A stretch of DNA of 64,000 nt from Macrostomum hystrix. Its lineage: Eukaryota; Animalia; Platyhelminthes. The first letter of the stretch is position 1. The number at the start of each line of letters is the position of its first letter. The notes under the pieces are model-generated. The model worked only from the letters and a program-made list of their open reading frames with translations. It did no database searches and was not told where the DNA came from. The stretch covers positions 3,844,001 through 3,908,000 of the forward strand of contig CATNEN010000033.1 in NCBI GenBank assembly GCA_950097015.1. The letters run 5' to 3'. Positions 13,646 to 27,073 of this stretch are shown one piece after another. Both the position numbers and the translations under genes were made by a program.

Positions 13646-15317
13646 TAGGTCAGGCTGTAGATCAGATGGGTCAGGCTGTAGATCAGATGGGTCAGGCTGT
13701 AGATCAGATGGGTCAGGCTGTAGATCAGATGGGTCAGGCTGTAGATCAGATGGGTCAGGCTGTAGATCAGATGGGTCAGGCTGAAGATCAGTTGGGTCAG
13801 GCTGTAGATCAGATGGGTCAGGCTGTAGATCAGATGGGTCAGGCTGTAGATCAGATGGGTCAGGCTGTAGATCAGATGGGTCAGGCTGAAGATCAGTTGG
13901 GTCAGGCTAAAGATCAGATGGGTCAGGCTAAAGATCAGATGGGTCAGGTTGTAGATCAGATGGGTCAGGCTGTAGATCAGATGGGTCAGGCTGTAGATCA
14001 GATGGGTCAGGCTGAAGATCAGTTGGGTCAGGCTAAAGATCAGATGGGTCAGGCTGTAGATCAGATGGGTCAGGCTGTAGATCAGATGGGTCAGGCTGTA
14101 GATCAGATGGGTCAGGCTGAAGATCAGTTGGGTCAGGCTAAAGATCAGATGGGTCAGGCTGTAGATCAGATGGGTCAGGCTGAAGATCAGTTGGGTCAGG
14201 CTAAAGATCAGATAGGTCAGGCTGTAGATCAGATGGGTCAGGCTGTAGATCAGATGGGTCAGGCTGTAGATCAGATGGGTCAGGCTGAAGATCAGTTGGG
14301 TCAGGCTAAAGATCAGATGGGTCAGGCTGTAGATCAGATGGGTCAGGCTGTAGATCAGATGGGTCAGGCTGTAGATCAGATGGGTCAGGCTGTAGATCAG
14401 ATGGGTCAGGCTGTAGATCAGATGGGTCAGGCTGAAGATCAGTTGGGTCAGGCTAAAGATCAGATAGGTCAGGCTGTAGATCAGATGGGTCAGGCTGTAG
14501 ATCAGATGGGTCAGGCTGTAGATCAGATGGGTCAGGCTGAAGATCAGTTGGGTCAGGCTAAAGATCAGATGGGTCAGGCTGTAGATCAGATGGGTCAGGC
14601 TGTAGATCAGATGGGTCAGGCTGTAGATCAGATGGGTCAGGCTGTAGATCAGATGGGTCAGGCTGTAGATCAGATGGGTCAGGCTGTAGATCAGATGGGT
14701 CAGGCTGAAGATCAGTTGGGTCAGGCTAAAGATCAGATGGGTCAGGCTGTAGATCAGATGGGTCAGGCTGTAGATCAGATGGGTCAGGCTGTAGATCAGA
14801 TGGGTCAGGCTGAAGATCAGTTGGGTCAGGCTAAAGATCAGATGGGTCAGGCTGTAGATCAGATGGGTCAGGCTGAAGATCAGTTGGGTCAGGCTAAAGA
14901 TCAGATAGGTCAGGCTGTAGATCAGATGGGTCAGGCTGTAGATCAGATGGGTCAGGCTGTAGATCAGATGGGTCAGGCTGAAGATCAGTTGGGTCAGGCT
15001 AAAGATCAGATGGGTCAGGCTGTAGATCAGATGGGTCAGGCTGTAGATCAGATGGGTCAGGCTGTAGATCAGATGGGTCAGGCTGTAGATCAGATGGGTC
15101 AGGCTGTAGATCAGATGGGTCAGGCTGTAGATCAGATGGGTCAGGCTGAAGATCAGTTGGGTCAGGCTAAAGATCAGATAGGTCAGGCTGTAGATCAGAT
15201 GGGTCAGGCTGTAGATCAGATGGGTCAGGCTGTAGATCAGATGGGTCAGGCTGAAGATCAGATGGGTCAGGCTGTAGATCAGATGGGTCAGGCTGAAGAT
15301 CAGATGGGTCAGGCTGT
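13646..15317. repeat. 21-bp minisatellite (GATCAGATGGGTCAGGCTGTA)n with recurring variant blocks
   Basis: About 80 units; GAA/TTG and AAA variants recur as a linked pair. Confidence 0.95.
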
Positions 15318-17878
15318 TTATTAGACCAGGTAGACGCGCAGGTTTTTTGCATTCAGCCGTCCAACACCTGGCTGGCAGATTTTGGGGGGGAAATCCCAGA
15401 AATATTTCTCTGGGTCATTTCTGCGCATCCAGTTGCGACCGCTGTGTCACCTGTAGGCCACACCAGTCGATCCCCAGTCGCAAATCAGATCCCAAGTGCA
15501 GATTGATGTTCCAATTTTCTTTCTGGGTTTTTTCATTCAGATCTCTGCCTAAAAGATAGCCGAAAACTCGCGCTGGCTCTGAAGGGGCGACCCGGCCTTC
15601 GGTAAAAGTGCATACACATTTTTTTATTGCAAAAAGGAAAATTGTCTTATTCGATAAATTTCCTAGAAGCGCGAGAAAAGTACAGTCTGGGCTGCAGAGA
15701 CTGACTTAAGTAAACAAATATGGCTGAAAGGAATGTGAATTATGCAAGAAATGAGTTTTTATATCTGGTGGTTACAATCCGATTTTGTTTAAACGCGTCA
15801 CAATCGATTTTTTCCGGATTCTTTTACCTCAGCTCATTGCTTTGAATTGTCAAAGAAATTCCGCCTATTATAACGCACCGCAGGCCTCGTGTTGTATGTA
15901 AATATATTTTTTGTTTCCGTACCGTCATTGTCATTTTAGTTGTTTGTTTCACTAGACTCATGAAAAGGTTAATAGTATTTGATTTCTGAGCACATCTGAC
16001 ACTGTAAATAAAATGATCAGTTTAGAATGAGAATTATAATACTACATTAATTATCATATACAGAACTCCTGTGCTTGAAGAAGCAATGACCTCAGAAGTG
16101 TGACGTGAGAATTTATTTTTGCTTTCATTCTCTCGGATTTGCTGTAATTAGTTTATGCCGCACAATGCAGCTAATTATGATGGTGAGGAGTCTGGCCGAT
16201 GACAGTCGTTTCAACCCGCTCATGTCAGAGGCCTCCGCTATCAACTGCTGCCTGTCTGTGTACTGGACGTGCTCAAGCCAAAACTTTTTTGTCACACTGC
16301 AGCTCGCCATCGATTGAGACGCGAGTGTGATGGGGAACGGGGGTTTTGTTGGCACTGTACACACCATTCACTCCATCGCGCTGCCTTATTCACAGACACG
16401 TGCCTCTGAGGACAATTTTTTACCAAGCAAAATTTCTTTAATCCCAAATCCCAAAGCAGCAGACACCCCCAAGCTACTTCGCGGCAGCTTCCGCAAGAAC
16501 TTACCTTCGCATGGAATAGGTAAAAAATCTTGGAGGTGCGTATTAGACGAATGACTCATTCAGTGCTGTTCTGTGGGCCATGCGGCTAGTCAGGGAGCCC
16601 GGACCCGTGTCGACTTGTCCTCACAGTTTTATAAGCACAGACAGGGTCTATCCAGTCTCTCAGACATCTGAGCGGCCCGCAGCTTAGCGGCTACAAGCGG
16701 ACATGTTTATCTTTCCCTTTCAAATCATTCAGCCCGATGCAGACGCAGATGAGGGGGTGAAGGGTGGGTTGGGGAGATCATGGAGACGGTGATTAATGCT
16801 GGCTACATTGTGCAGTTGCCGAGGCCGGCAGTCTTGCAAGTCTACTAGAAGCTGCACCTTGCCTGGCTTCCGTTTGAACTATTTCTTCAAATCCGGGCAA
16901 GCATCTGGCATGACATCGGTGGGCGGGGGACCTCAGAAAGTGTGCTCAGAGCGGCTGATTGGCTACATCTGCCTGGGAGTAAACTGCAATATGGGGACGA
17001 TTTAACGAAATCCCGAACCGCCCCTCCTCTGTCTAATCCCTGACTGCCCGGCTGCCTTGGGAAGATTTGTCTAATTTCAGGAAAATTGCTCCCCTGCAGT
17101 TAGAAGCGATCAGATTTAAAAATATCCCTAAATTGTCCCCGTTACCCGGATCCAGGAGGGGATCTTACGAGCTCCTTGTCCTTGAACTGGGGAAGAGCTT
17201 GCAAGGGGGAGGTGGGGTACACCGAGTTCTGCTCAGTCTTTTGTAAGCCGTGCTCAAAATTCAAGCAGCAAAAAGTTTCAACTTTTCCCCCCAGAGCAGA
17301 AGAAAGTATAGCCGAGACATTTCTTGGCTGAATAATTCATATTTTAAATGCGAAGAAGCGGGCTTGTACAATAGAAAGCTATTTTCCGTTGCCGTTTCGT
17401 AAACAGCGAGACGGCACAGAGTTAGTCGGCTGGCAGTTATTAGCAGCTTAAATTGCTTACTGCATGCATGCATGTATCTATACACGCTAGCCGGGTGACA
17501 CAGGGCTGTTTCACGCGCTCTTAAATGTGCAAATAAGCCCACATGCTGAGAAGCCGATGTTGCTGTCTTTCAAAACAAAACACTGTCCCGAGGCCAAGGG
17601 CCGTATGTGCGTCTGTTGCGGTCTCTGGACAGCTTTTACACAGCATTGGGTGAATTCTGGGTACAAACTGATTGTTTCTTTCCTTTTTTCCACTAACTTT
17701 TGTAGGCACGACTAGCGACACACAAAAGTGCATTGCCGAAATATGAGACGGCGGAGTTGCAGTTCAAGCTACGAAATAATTGCATGTTATTTCCGTTTAA
17801 TAGGAGGGCCAGCCGCTTATGCGGCTTGGAGAGACCAGATTTAGACAAGAATCAGCGAATCAGAAGGTAGGCAATGCA

Positions 17879-19117
17879 GATTGATCAGAGGAGGGATGGA
17901 TTGGTCAGGGAAGGGATGGATTGGCCAGGGGAGGGATGGATTGGTCAGGGGAGAGATGGATTGGTCAGGGGAGAGATGGATTGGTCAGGGGAGGGATGGA
18001 TTGGTCAGGGGAGAGATGGATTGGTCAGGGGAGAGATGGATTGGTCATGGGAGAGATGGATTGGTCAGGGGAGGGATGGATTGGTCAGGGGAGGGATGGA
18101 TTGGTCAGGGGAGGGATGGATTGGTCAGGGGAGGGATGGATTCGTCAGGGGAGGGATGGATTGGTCAGGGAAGGGATGGATTGGTCAGGGGAGGGATGGA
18201 TTGGTCAGGGGAGAGATGGATTGGTCAGGGGAGGGATGGATTGGTCAGGGGAGAGATGGATTGGTCAGGGGAGAGATGGATTGGTCATGGGAGAGATGGA
18301 TTGGTCAGGGGAGGGATGGATTGGTCAGGGGAGGGATGGATTGGTCAGGGGAGGGATGGATTGGTCAGGGGAGGGATGGATTCGTCAGGGGAGGGATGGA
18401 TTGGTCAGGGAAGGGATGGATTGGTCAGGGGAGGGATGGATTGGTCAGGGGAGAGATGGATTGGTCAGGGGAGGGATGGATTGGTCAGGGAAGGGATGGA
18501 TTGGTCAGGGGAGGGATGGATTGGTCAGGGGAGAGATGGATTGCTCAGGGGAGGGGTGGATTGCTCAGGGGAGGGGTGGATTGGTCAGGGGAGGGATGGA
18601 TTGGTCAGGGAAGGGATGGATTGGTCAGGGGAGAGATGGATTGGTCAGGGGAGGGATGGATTGGTCAGGGGAGGGATGGATTGGTCAGGGGAGGGATGGA
18701 TTGCTCAGGGGAGGGGTGGATTGCTCAGGGGAGGGGTGGATTGGTCAGGGGAGGGATGGATTGGTCAGGGAAGGGATGGATTGGTCAGGGGAGGGATGGA
18801 TTGGTCAGGGGAGGGATGGATTGGTCAGGGGAGGGATGGATTGGTCAGAGGAGGGATGGATTGGTCAGGGGAGGGATGGATTGGTCAGGGGAGGGATGGA
18901 TTGGTCAGGGGAGGGATGGATTGGTCAGGGGAGGGATGGATTGGTCAGGGGAGGGATGGATTGGTCAGGGGAGGGATGGATTGGTCAGGGGAGGGATGGA
19001 TTGGTCAGGGGAGGGATGGATTGGTCAGGGGAGGGATGGATTGGTCAGGGGAGGGATGGATTGGTCAGGGGAGGGATGGATTGGTCAGGGCAGGGATGGA
19101 TTGGTCAGGGGAGGGAT
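17879..19117. repeat. 20-bp minisatellite (TTGGTCAGGGGAGGGATGGA)n
   Basis: About 62 units; open in three frames only because the unit lacks stop codons. Confidence 0.95.
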
Positions 19118-19465
19118 ATTCTAGGGTAAATTAGAAAAACCAACTTGCATGGATAGAAACTGTTGATAAAGCACAATGGCTAATAGTAGAGCAAAGACCG
19201 TTTAGAAGCGATTGGATAGGAAAAAAACGGTCTCAGGTGTGAAATCGCAGCGGAAACTGCTAGCGATTCAGCCTAGCAACACGCCCCTAATCCCCCTAGT
19301 CGCATCACTGGCGCATTTTTCGATCAGTCATGCGATCTCTGGCGCGAAGCCCCGCCCAAACTGCCAGACTCCGCTGCATTCAATGGAGATGAGGCGCAGA
19401 CTCGCTTGCATTATTTATTCCTAATGCGGGATTGCCAATGGACTGAGGGCAGCAAAAGCAAATGC

Positions 19466-19509
19466 TTGCACACACGCACACGCACACACACCCACCCACC
19501 CACACACGC

Positions 19510-19580
<71 letters not shown>
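19466..19580. repeat. (CA)n/(CACG) microsatellite
   Basis: Direct observation. Confidence 0.95.
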
Positions 19581-20802
19581 CAGAGCCTTGGCGACCGGCC
19601 ATGCAGAGCTCATGAAATTCAGAGCTTTTTTGAGGCTTCAACAGTTTAGAAGATTTCGGCCACCTGCCTCCGCAGTGCCAGCTCCCATCTAAATTTGGGA
19701 TTAATATAGATAAGCACCCCGCAATGGGAGGGGACATTCAAGGAGGGGGTGGTGGGGAAGCAGTCAAGATCAAACAGCTGCAGCCGTCTTCGACTAAATT
19801 GTCCCGACCAATTCTACTCTAGAGCGTGCGCCTGCCTGGGTCCTATAGCCTTTGCTTGGCTTCCACTCATTCCCCCTTCCCAATGCCTCTCACTGGCTGC
19901 CGCAGCCTGCCTGTCCACTTGCCGATCGAGTTCCGTATTGCGTCATCATCCACGGCTGATCACAGAGCGGCTTATGTCCCGGAAGGGTTCAGGAGGGAAG
20001 GACACGGGCTGCCGCAGCTATAGGAATGTCTTAGAACTGGGCTCCTCATTGCATATGGTGAAGACGCAACAAGCTTTCCGGGGCCAGCAGGTTCCTTGGT
20101 TTGTCAGCTGGGGCCGAGTCTGGGCTAAAAGGGATTCTGGCTGGCACGGAAACAAAGAATGGAGCTAATTAATTTCAGGACACACAGGTTGGGATTCGAG
20201 CTGATTAAGGACTGTGAGTCATTGGCAGGCACACGAGACAAGGCGATGTCAAACATCGCGAACCAGATAGTTTAGACCAATCGCATTGTATCGCAGCATT
20301 AGCCAAATGAAAACACATTTGGAATGTGTTTTCGCATTGTCAATCGTCATGCAAAGTTCAGACGAATCGCTGCTATTCCCAGCCCTTGTAAATGAGTGCC
20401 CATGGTTCGGTGTTGTCGTTAGTTAGAGGGGCCTGTCACTTACCGCTGTGTCACTCGTGCCACATTGCAGAGAGTTGCAAATGCTTAGGCATTATTCCGC
20501 TGCATTGCTGGTGTTCCGAATTACGCAACAAGCAGGCAGACAAATCTCAGCAGGAAAATTCCTAGAATATTTGGGCATAATTAATGAACGGTGTAGGAGT
20601 TTCATTCACTGTTTATAGACTTTGCGCTGTCAATATAGAATTTGGCATGCATGCATGCGAGGAATTGCTAACCAATATTTGCACAGAAATTTACAGAATC
20701 GGATAAGACTGATATTACTAGATTGAATACTTCAGTGTTCATTAGGACTGGGGTAGTTAAAAAACTGTTTCGGTGTGTGCACCTCATTTTAGGTGCGATG
20801 GT

Positions 20803-21222
20803 TGTGAAGACACTGTGAAGACGTGAGGGTGGTTGTGACGACAAGAGGGTGGTTGTGAAGACGTGAGGGTTGTCGTGAAGACGTTAGGGTGGTTGTGAAG
20901 ACGTGAGGGTGGTTGTGAAGACGTGAGGGTGGTTGTGAAGACGTGAGGGTGGTTGTGAAGACGTGAGGGTGGTTGTGAAGACACGAGGGTGGTTGTGAAG
21001 ACGTGAGGGTGGTTGTGACGACAAGAGGGTGGTTGTGAAGACGTGAGGGTGGTTGTGAAGACGTGAGGGCCGTTTTGAAGACGCGAAGGTGTTTGTGAAG
21101 ATGCGAAGGTGTTTGTGAAGATGCGAAGGTGTTTGTGAAGACGTGAGGGTGGTTGTGAAGACGTGAGGGTGGTTGTGAAGACGTGAGGGCCGTTTTGAAG
21201 ACGTGAGGGCTGTCGTGAAGAC
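20803..21222. repeat. 20-bp minisatellite (GTGAAGACGTGAGGGTGGTT)n
   Basis: About 21 units. Confidence 0.93.
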
Positions 21223-22454
21223 GAGAAAGACGTAGTAGTTTAAATGTGACTGAAAAGTGCCACATTCAAATGTCGAAAAACTGTAAAAGAAGCAGAACTT
21301 ATTTCCTCAAAATCGCGCTTTTGTACGAGTATATTTTCAAATATGTAGAAAATAAGGACTAGGGAAAGACGAAGCAGTTCTCAAACCAGATTGAAAACCG
21401 ACAGGTTTGGTCCCCTTCCTCATACGAGCATGTGGGTTCCCGATTTCCTATCCGATCGGAGTATAATCGGATGACAAACACACGATCGTACCGATTTCAC
21501 AGAGAGCTACATGCTAGCGTGGCAAACAAGGGCTGTCTGGCATGCCTGACGGGCCCAGCCAGCGGACCTTCATCAGTCAGCGAGTATGCTGGGCGGCAAT
21601 CGCTTGCAATTAGCATCTCGACCGCGCTGGCCTGCGCTCACAGTCGTGGAAAATCGAGTTTTTTGGTCGGCTAAATGTGCTCCAGCCACGAACAAGGCAG
21701 ACTAGCGGAGGCTGGGTATGGGCGGGCAATCACCAGAGGCAGCTCGGCCCGCGGACTCAGCATCGGAGTCCACTAGGCGCATTAAAGGGCCTACACTTCA
21801 GGCGAGCAAATAGGCTGACACAGCTGCCACCGCAGCTCAGGCAGACTCGGGCAAGCTCGTTAGAGAGAGGCAAGAGAAAGGGATGGAGAGATGTTACATC
21901 ACCGACCACTACTGCCACTCATCTAGTCTAGCAGAGTTCACTATGCGACGAATCAAACAATCGGGACGCTTCCACTCTCTGCCGGTTTGTTTTACTTGCC
22001 GATAGTTCCACAAATCGATTCTCGAACAGGCCTTGGCTTGTGATCCGACTGTGCTCATTGTGCTCAGTAGCTTCAAGGCTTGGCTTTTCCGCTTAGTTAG
22101 CTTGAATATAGTGAGTTTCATGGTCCTGTGAGTCCATGTTAGGGTGTTGACCACAGCGTGGGCAAACAGACACCCCGGCTCGATTCTGTCCCGACCTCAC
22201 CAAACAATTCCGGTTGATTGGGATCTGCAGTGTTGCAAGGATTGAAGCGGAATGGGCTTCTTCAGGTCACAATTGTATTACTTGACTCGAAACTAAATTG
22301 AATTCGTTGCTGGGACTGGAGGTAATAGGCAACCTGGAATAAAAGCGGCTAGATGAGCCGGATATGCGAGGGCCGAATAATGAATTTCGAAATTGGGAAT
22401 CTGTTGCAGTTGTCGTATAACCGCTTGCCTAAGTTGGCCGCTGTTGATGGGCGG

Positions 22455-22673
22455 CGCTTCTGAAGGCTGCGTACGGCTGTTCAGTCCATGGACTGGAGGG
22501 CGCCACACCCATACTCGTACACATATTGCTGGTACCTACTGAATTGCTGAGTGAAATGACACAATGCAGAGTTAAGTGTCTTGCTAATTGACACAAATTG
22601 TTACAGTAAAGTCGAGAATCGAACCCTCTGCCTTCAAGTCGTAAGTCCGACGCTCTAATCAACAGGCTACAAC
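22455..22673 (-). mobile_element. tRNA-derived SINE, family 2 (V-domain-like core)
   Basis: Minus strand has A-box-like TAGCCTGTTGATTAGAGCGTCGGACT, B box GGTTCGATTC, core TGTGTCAATTAGCAAGACACTTAAC and tail AGTCCATGGACTGAACAGCCGTACGCAGCC; homologues at 49134-49241, 63691-63942 and a tail fragment near 26690-26722. V-domain resemblance is from recall, not a search. Confidence 0.8.
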
Positions 22674-22770
22674 CAGTTTAATATTTAATACGACAGATCT
22701 TTGCCCCCCACACGTACTCCGCTCCAGTCTCTGAATCTCACAAGTCACTGAGAACATAACACTCGACGCA

Positions 22771-23046
22771 TGATAGCTGGGCTTGAGTGTGAATAGCTAG
22801 GCTTGAGTGTGAATAGCTAGGCTTGAGTGTGAATAGCTAGGCTTGAGTGTGAATAGCTAGGCTTGAGTGTGAATAGCTAGGCTTGAGTGTGAATAGCTAG
22901 GCTTGAGTGTGAATAGCTAGGCTTGAGTGTGAATAGCTAGGCTTGAGTGTGAATAGCTAGGCTTGAGTGTGAATAGCTAGGCTTGAGTGTGAATAGCTAG
23001 GCTTGAGTGTGAATAGCTAGGCTTGAGTGTGAATAGCTAGGCTTGA
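22771..23046. repeat. Near-perfect 20-bp minisatellite (GCTTGAGTGTGAATAGCTAG)n, about 13 copies
   Basis: Direct observation; no spacers between units. Confidence 0.96.
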
Positions 23047-23802
23047 CCTTTCATGCGGATAAGGCAGCCAACAGAGATCAGGTTCACGAGTTCAAGACGA
23101 AAATAGATGCGCAAAGTCAAGGCCAAGCTGGAGTGCGGAAGACCGTGTGTACTTTTGAAAAATGGGACGCAGGAGAAACACTACGAAAAACATAAACAGG
23201 CTGGCAGTTTTCGCCAGGGACTCGGGACCGCCTCAGCAGCGCTGCGAGCCTGCGACTCAAGATAATTGGATTTGGCTGCCCGCCTCGGTCTGTGTAAGTC
23301 GAGTAAGAACGGTCCTGCATCAGCGGCCGGCTTCTCAGACTCTGTTGATTTCAGTTTGACTACTCTAAATTAACTTAAAATCTCACTTATTTGTCAGCAT
23401 AATTAGATGGTACACTTAGTTACCCTTTTTCATAAAAAAACTAAGAAACTTCAGCACATTTATGAATGATTTCTATGAATGATTGCAAACATTTATGACT
23501 GCATTCAGCTCAAGTACATGCGCGGTATATTGTGTGATTCAATGATTAACTACACAGGCTAGATGAATAAGTACAAGACTACCAGAAAATTGTAAAAGTG
23601 CTCTGACAATGAGAACAGAATAGAAAGTCATACCACATCGCGTTAAAATATAACAGACACGACACAAGACACGACACGAACATATAACATCTGCAATGCG
23701 TATAAAAAGACTATAGTCATACAACTGGTCATTAAAATTTCAAAAAAAAAACTGTTCAGATGGTTGAGTTGTCAAGCAAGCTACTCGTAAAAGGACGCTC
23801 TC

Positions 23803-25725
23803 TTAGTCGACCTCCTCGACGGTTGGTCCCCCAGCGCGACCTGCTCGCTGCGGTCCGTGCTGCGGCGGCGGCTGCTGCTGCTGCTGCTGATGCAGCTTGG
23901 CCATGAGAGGTGAGCACAGGCTGCTCAGCTGGCGCTGCTGCTCGGCGATCTCGTCCTTGTCGGCGGTCTGGTTGTTCTCCAGCCAGGAGATTACGCGGTT
24001 GCACGCGGCGGTCACCTCGCCGGCCTCCTTCTCGCCCAGCCGATCCTTGCAGTCCTCGGCCGCCTGCTTGTACTGGAAGGCGAGCGACTCCAGCTGGTTG
24101 CGGGCTGTCAGACGCTCGCGGTGCCGCTCGTCCTCCGCGTGAAACTTCTCCGCGTCGCGCACCATGCGCTCGATCTCGTCCTTCGAGAGTCGGCCCTTGT
24201 CGTTCGTGATCGTGATCTTCTCCTCCCGGCTGGTGCTCTTGTCCTTCGCCGACACCACCAGGATTCCGTTGGCGTCGACGTCGAAGGTCACCTCGATCTG
24301 CGGCACTCCACGAGGCGCTGGCGGGATGCCGTCCAGGTTGAACTGGCCCAGCAGGTGGTTGTCCCTGGTGAGCGCCCGCTCGCCCTCAAACACCTGGATG
24401 GTGACGCCGCTCTGGTTGTCCGAGTACGTCGTGAACGTCTGTGTCGCCTTGGTCGGGATGCGGCTGTTCCTCTCCACGATCTTGGTCATCACGCCGCCGG
24501 CGGTCTCGATGCCCAGCGACAGCGGAGCCACGTCCAGCAGCAGCAGGTCCTCGATCTTCTCGTCCTTCACGCCGGTCAGCACGGCCGCCTGAACTGCCGC
24601 ACCGTAGGCGACCGCCTCGTCCGGGTTGATCGACTTGTTCAGCGACCGGCCGCCCATGAACTCCTGCAGCAGCTTCTGCACCTTCGGGATCCGCGTGGAT
24701 CCGCCCACCAGGACAATCTCGCTGATGCTGCTCTTGTCCATCTTGGCGTCCCTCAGCGCTCGCTCCACCGGCTCCATCGTCTGGCGGAAGAGGTCGACGC
24801 ACAGCTCCTCGAAGCGAGCCCTGGTCACGCTGGTGTAAAAGTCGACGCCCTCAAACAGCGAGTCAATCTCGATGCTCGCCTGCGCCGAGCTGCTCAGAGT
24901 TCGCTTCGCTCGCTCAGCCGCCGTGCGCAGCCGCCTCACTGCGCGAGCGTTGCCGCTCATGTCCTTGCGGTACTTGCGCTTGAACTCCTGCATCAGGTGC
25001 TCCACCAGCCGGTTGTCAAAGTCCTCGCCGCCCAGGTGAGTGTCGCCAGCCGTCGATCGCACCTCGAACATGCTGCCCTCCGACACCGTCAGGATGGACA
25101 CGTCGAACGTGCCGCCTCCCAGGTCGAAGATCAGAATGTTCTTCTCGCCCTCCAGGCTCTTGTCCAGCCCGTAGGCCAGAGCAGCTGCCGTCGGCTCGTT
25201 CACAATCCGCAGCACATTCAGCCCAGCGATCGCGCCCGCGTCCTTCGTCGCCTGCCGCTGGCTGTCGTTGAAGTAGGCCGGCACCGTGATCACAGCGTCC
25301 GTCACCTTCTCGCCAAGGTAGGCCTCCGCAGTCTCCTTCATCTTGGTCAGCACCATGGCCGAGATCTCCTCCGGGTAGAAGCTGCGCCTCTCGCCCATGT
25401 ACTGAACCTCAATCTTCGGCCGGCCTCCGTCACTCACCACCTTGAACGGCCACAGCTTCAGGTCCCGCTGCACCGTCTCGTCGCTGAACTTGCGACCAAT
25501 GAGCCGCTTGGCGTCAAACACCGTGTTCTCCGGGTTCATCGCCACCTGGTTCTTCGCCGCATCGCCCACCAGCCTCTCCGTGTCCGTGAAGGCCACGTAG
25601 CTCGGCGTGGTTCTGTTGCCCTGATCATTGGCGATGATCTCCACCTTGCCTGCCTGGAACACGCCCACGCATGAGTACGTGGTGCCCAGGTCGATGCCGA
25701 TTGCGGGTCCGTTCCTCTTGCCCAT
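23803..25725 (-). CDS. hsp70: Heat-inducible cytosolic Hsp70, 640 aa, intronless (copy 1)
   Basis: Signatures [36 protein letters not shown]; C-terminal GPTVEEVD; no introns; HSE promoter. Confidence 0.99.
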   Translation of the reverse strand: MGKRNGPAIGIDLGTTYSCVGVFQAGKVEIIANDQGNRTTPSYVAFTDTERLVGDAAKNQVAMNPENTVFDAKRLIGRKFSDETVQRDLKLWPFKVVSDGGRPKIEVQYMGERRSFYPEEISAMVLTKMKETAEAYLGEKVTDAVITVPAYFNDSQRQATKDAGAIAGLNVLRIVNEPTAAALAYGLDKSLEGEKNILIFDLGGGTFDVSILTVSEGSMFEVRSTAGDTHLGGEDFDNRLVEHLMQEFKRKYRKDMSGNARAVRRLRTAAERAKRTLSSSAQASIEIDSLFEGVDFYTSVTRARFEELCVDLFRQTMEPVERALRDAKMDKSSISEIVLVGGSTRIPKVQKLLQEFMGGRSLNKSINPDEAVAYGAAVQAAVLTGVKDEKIEDLLLLDVAPLSLGIETAGGVMTKIVERNSRIPTKATQTFTTYSDNQSGVTIQVFEGERALTRDNHLLGQFNLDGIPPAPRGVPQIEVTFDVDANGILVVSAKDKSTSREEKITITNDKGRLSKDEIERMVRDAEKFHAEDERHRERLTARNQLESLAFQYKQAAEDCKDRLGEKEAGEVTAACNRVISWLENNQTADKDEIAEQQRQLSSLCSPLMAKLHQQQQQQPPPQHGPQRAGRAGGPTVEEVD

Positions 25726-25892
25726 GTTGCTTGGAATTGCTTCTCAGAACTTGAGTCGCTTCTCTCTAGCTTCAATTGATAGCTTCGCAAAGCACTGACG
25801 CTTTGTGAGTCGCTTGTGAGATGCTTCTGGCTTTTGGTTTGCTTCGGTTGCGATCCGAATTCGCTGATGGAGGAGCCCGCAATATCGCCTTC

Positions 25893-26079
25893 TTTTATAG
25901 ACCGCAGCCCGTCTTCGCGAAACTTCCAGAACTCTCCACACAGCCCGTCACCCGCTTGCCCAAGTGTGCTATTTTTAGAACGTGGAAAGTTCTAGAAGAA
26001 ACGCAAACGAAATGTTTTCTCTTAGGCATCTTGATCGTCTACTTCAAGTAGAAATACAAACATTTTTCTAGAACTTTCT
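25893..26079 (-). promoter_or_regulatory. hsp70 copy 1 promoter: TATAAAA 25893-25899; HSEs at 25913-25932 (4 pentamers), 25984-25998 and 26065-26079 (3 each)
   Basis: Perfect alternating nGAAn/nTTCn pentamers, e.g. cTTCg cGAAa cTTCc aGAAc. Confidence 0.92.
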
Positions 26080-26264
26080 TTGCATATCTTGCAACGAACG
26101 TGAACAATTATCATTTTCGTTCAACGCAAAAATTTCACCATTTTTTCGAACTTTTTTAGGTTTTTTTAAATTTTGCATTCATAAATGACCACTATCTTAA
26201 TATATTAAGATATTAATATTAACTATCTACTAGTGGTCCTTGCTGCATAGCTTATTGATAAAGA

Positions 26265-26610
26265 TAGGAAGAATTGCCTCTCGCACTCGGCGGGTCCGCC
26301 CGCAACTATTGAATGGGGCGCCATGTAACAAACTAGCACAGCTTGTAAGCTGCAGATTCGAAGGAAAAACAAAAGACACCGACAATGCCTTGTGGAGGGG
26401 GTCGGTGGCAGAGCGATTATCGCGTCTGCCTCTCGCACCACGGTCCCTAAGTTCGATTCCACTGCGAGGCCACATTTATTTGGGGCGCAGCCGTGCAAAG
26501 AGGGCCTTGGGGGCTTGTCGTGCAATTTACGCCCTTGAGGGTCAATACCCAAGGCACAGTGAAATGTACACTGTCTGACGATGAGAAAGTCAGGGCAGAT
26601 GTACACACCT
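26265..26610 (+). mobile_element. tRNA-derived SINE, family 1 (partial), in the hsp70 spacer
   Basis: GGGTCGGTGGCAGAGCG (A box) ... GTTCGATTCC (B box); homologous to 46870-47458 (minus) and 63345-63605. Confidence 0.82.
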
Positions 26611-27073
26611 TAAATAAGAAATAAGTTATATAAGAATTAGCTGAGCTGGGGTAATTCAGAGTCGTTGTGCCGTCAACCGAAGTCCATGGACTGAAAAGCC
26701 GTACACAGCCTTCACATGCGCCGCGCAATAGCTGTGGCTGTGCTGTCGGCTGCCATCTGACCTATGCGGGAGGTGTGGTCATTTATTTTCAATTTTTATG
26801 CGCCTATGGATATAAATTTTCTCCCATGGAGTTTCATGTAGGCGAAAAACATACACTGCAAATTTACCAACGCTAAAAATAAAAATATATAAAATAAAAC
26901 AATTTCGATCACATTTCCGACGAAAAAAATTCGCGACTTGTCGGCTGTCAGTCTAAATGCTAATGTACGAGTCTTTTATGCCTTCCAATTCTTGTTTCCT
27001 CGAGCAAATCCATCATAAATTCCCCAATACTCCATGACGTGCTGTAAAAACCGAGAAAAAGCTTGAAATGCAA

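Noticed and set aside
15330-22450. Possible small exons in unique intergenic DNA (e.g. 16125-16367, 21909-22154, also 30008-30323)
   Set aside because: No recognisable protein motifs or consistent splice chain; cannot be supported without transcript data.
22771-23046. CRISPR-like regular repeats (also 40572-41128 and 49303-49605)
   Set aside because: Units are contiguous with no unique spacers, there are no cas genes and the context is eukaryotic.
26395-26470. tRNA genes at the A/B-box sequences (also 22600-22673, 47145-47455, 49170-49241, 63870-63942)
   Set aside because: Acceptor and anticodon stems do not close properly, and each head is attached to a shared repeat body, so these are SINE heads.
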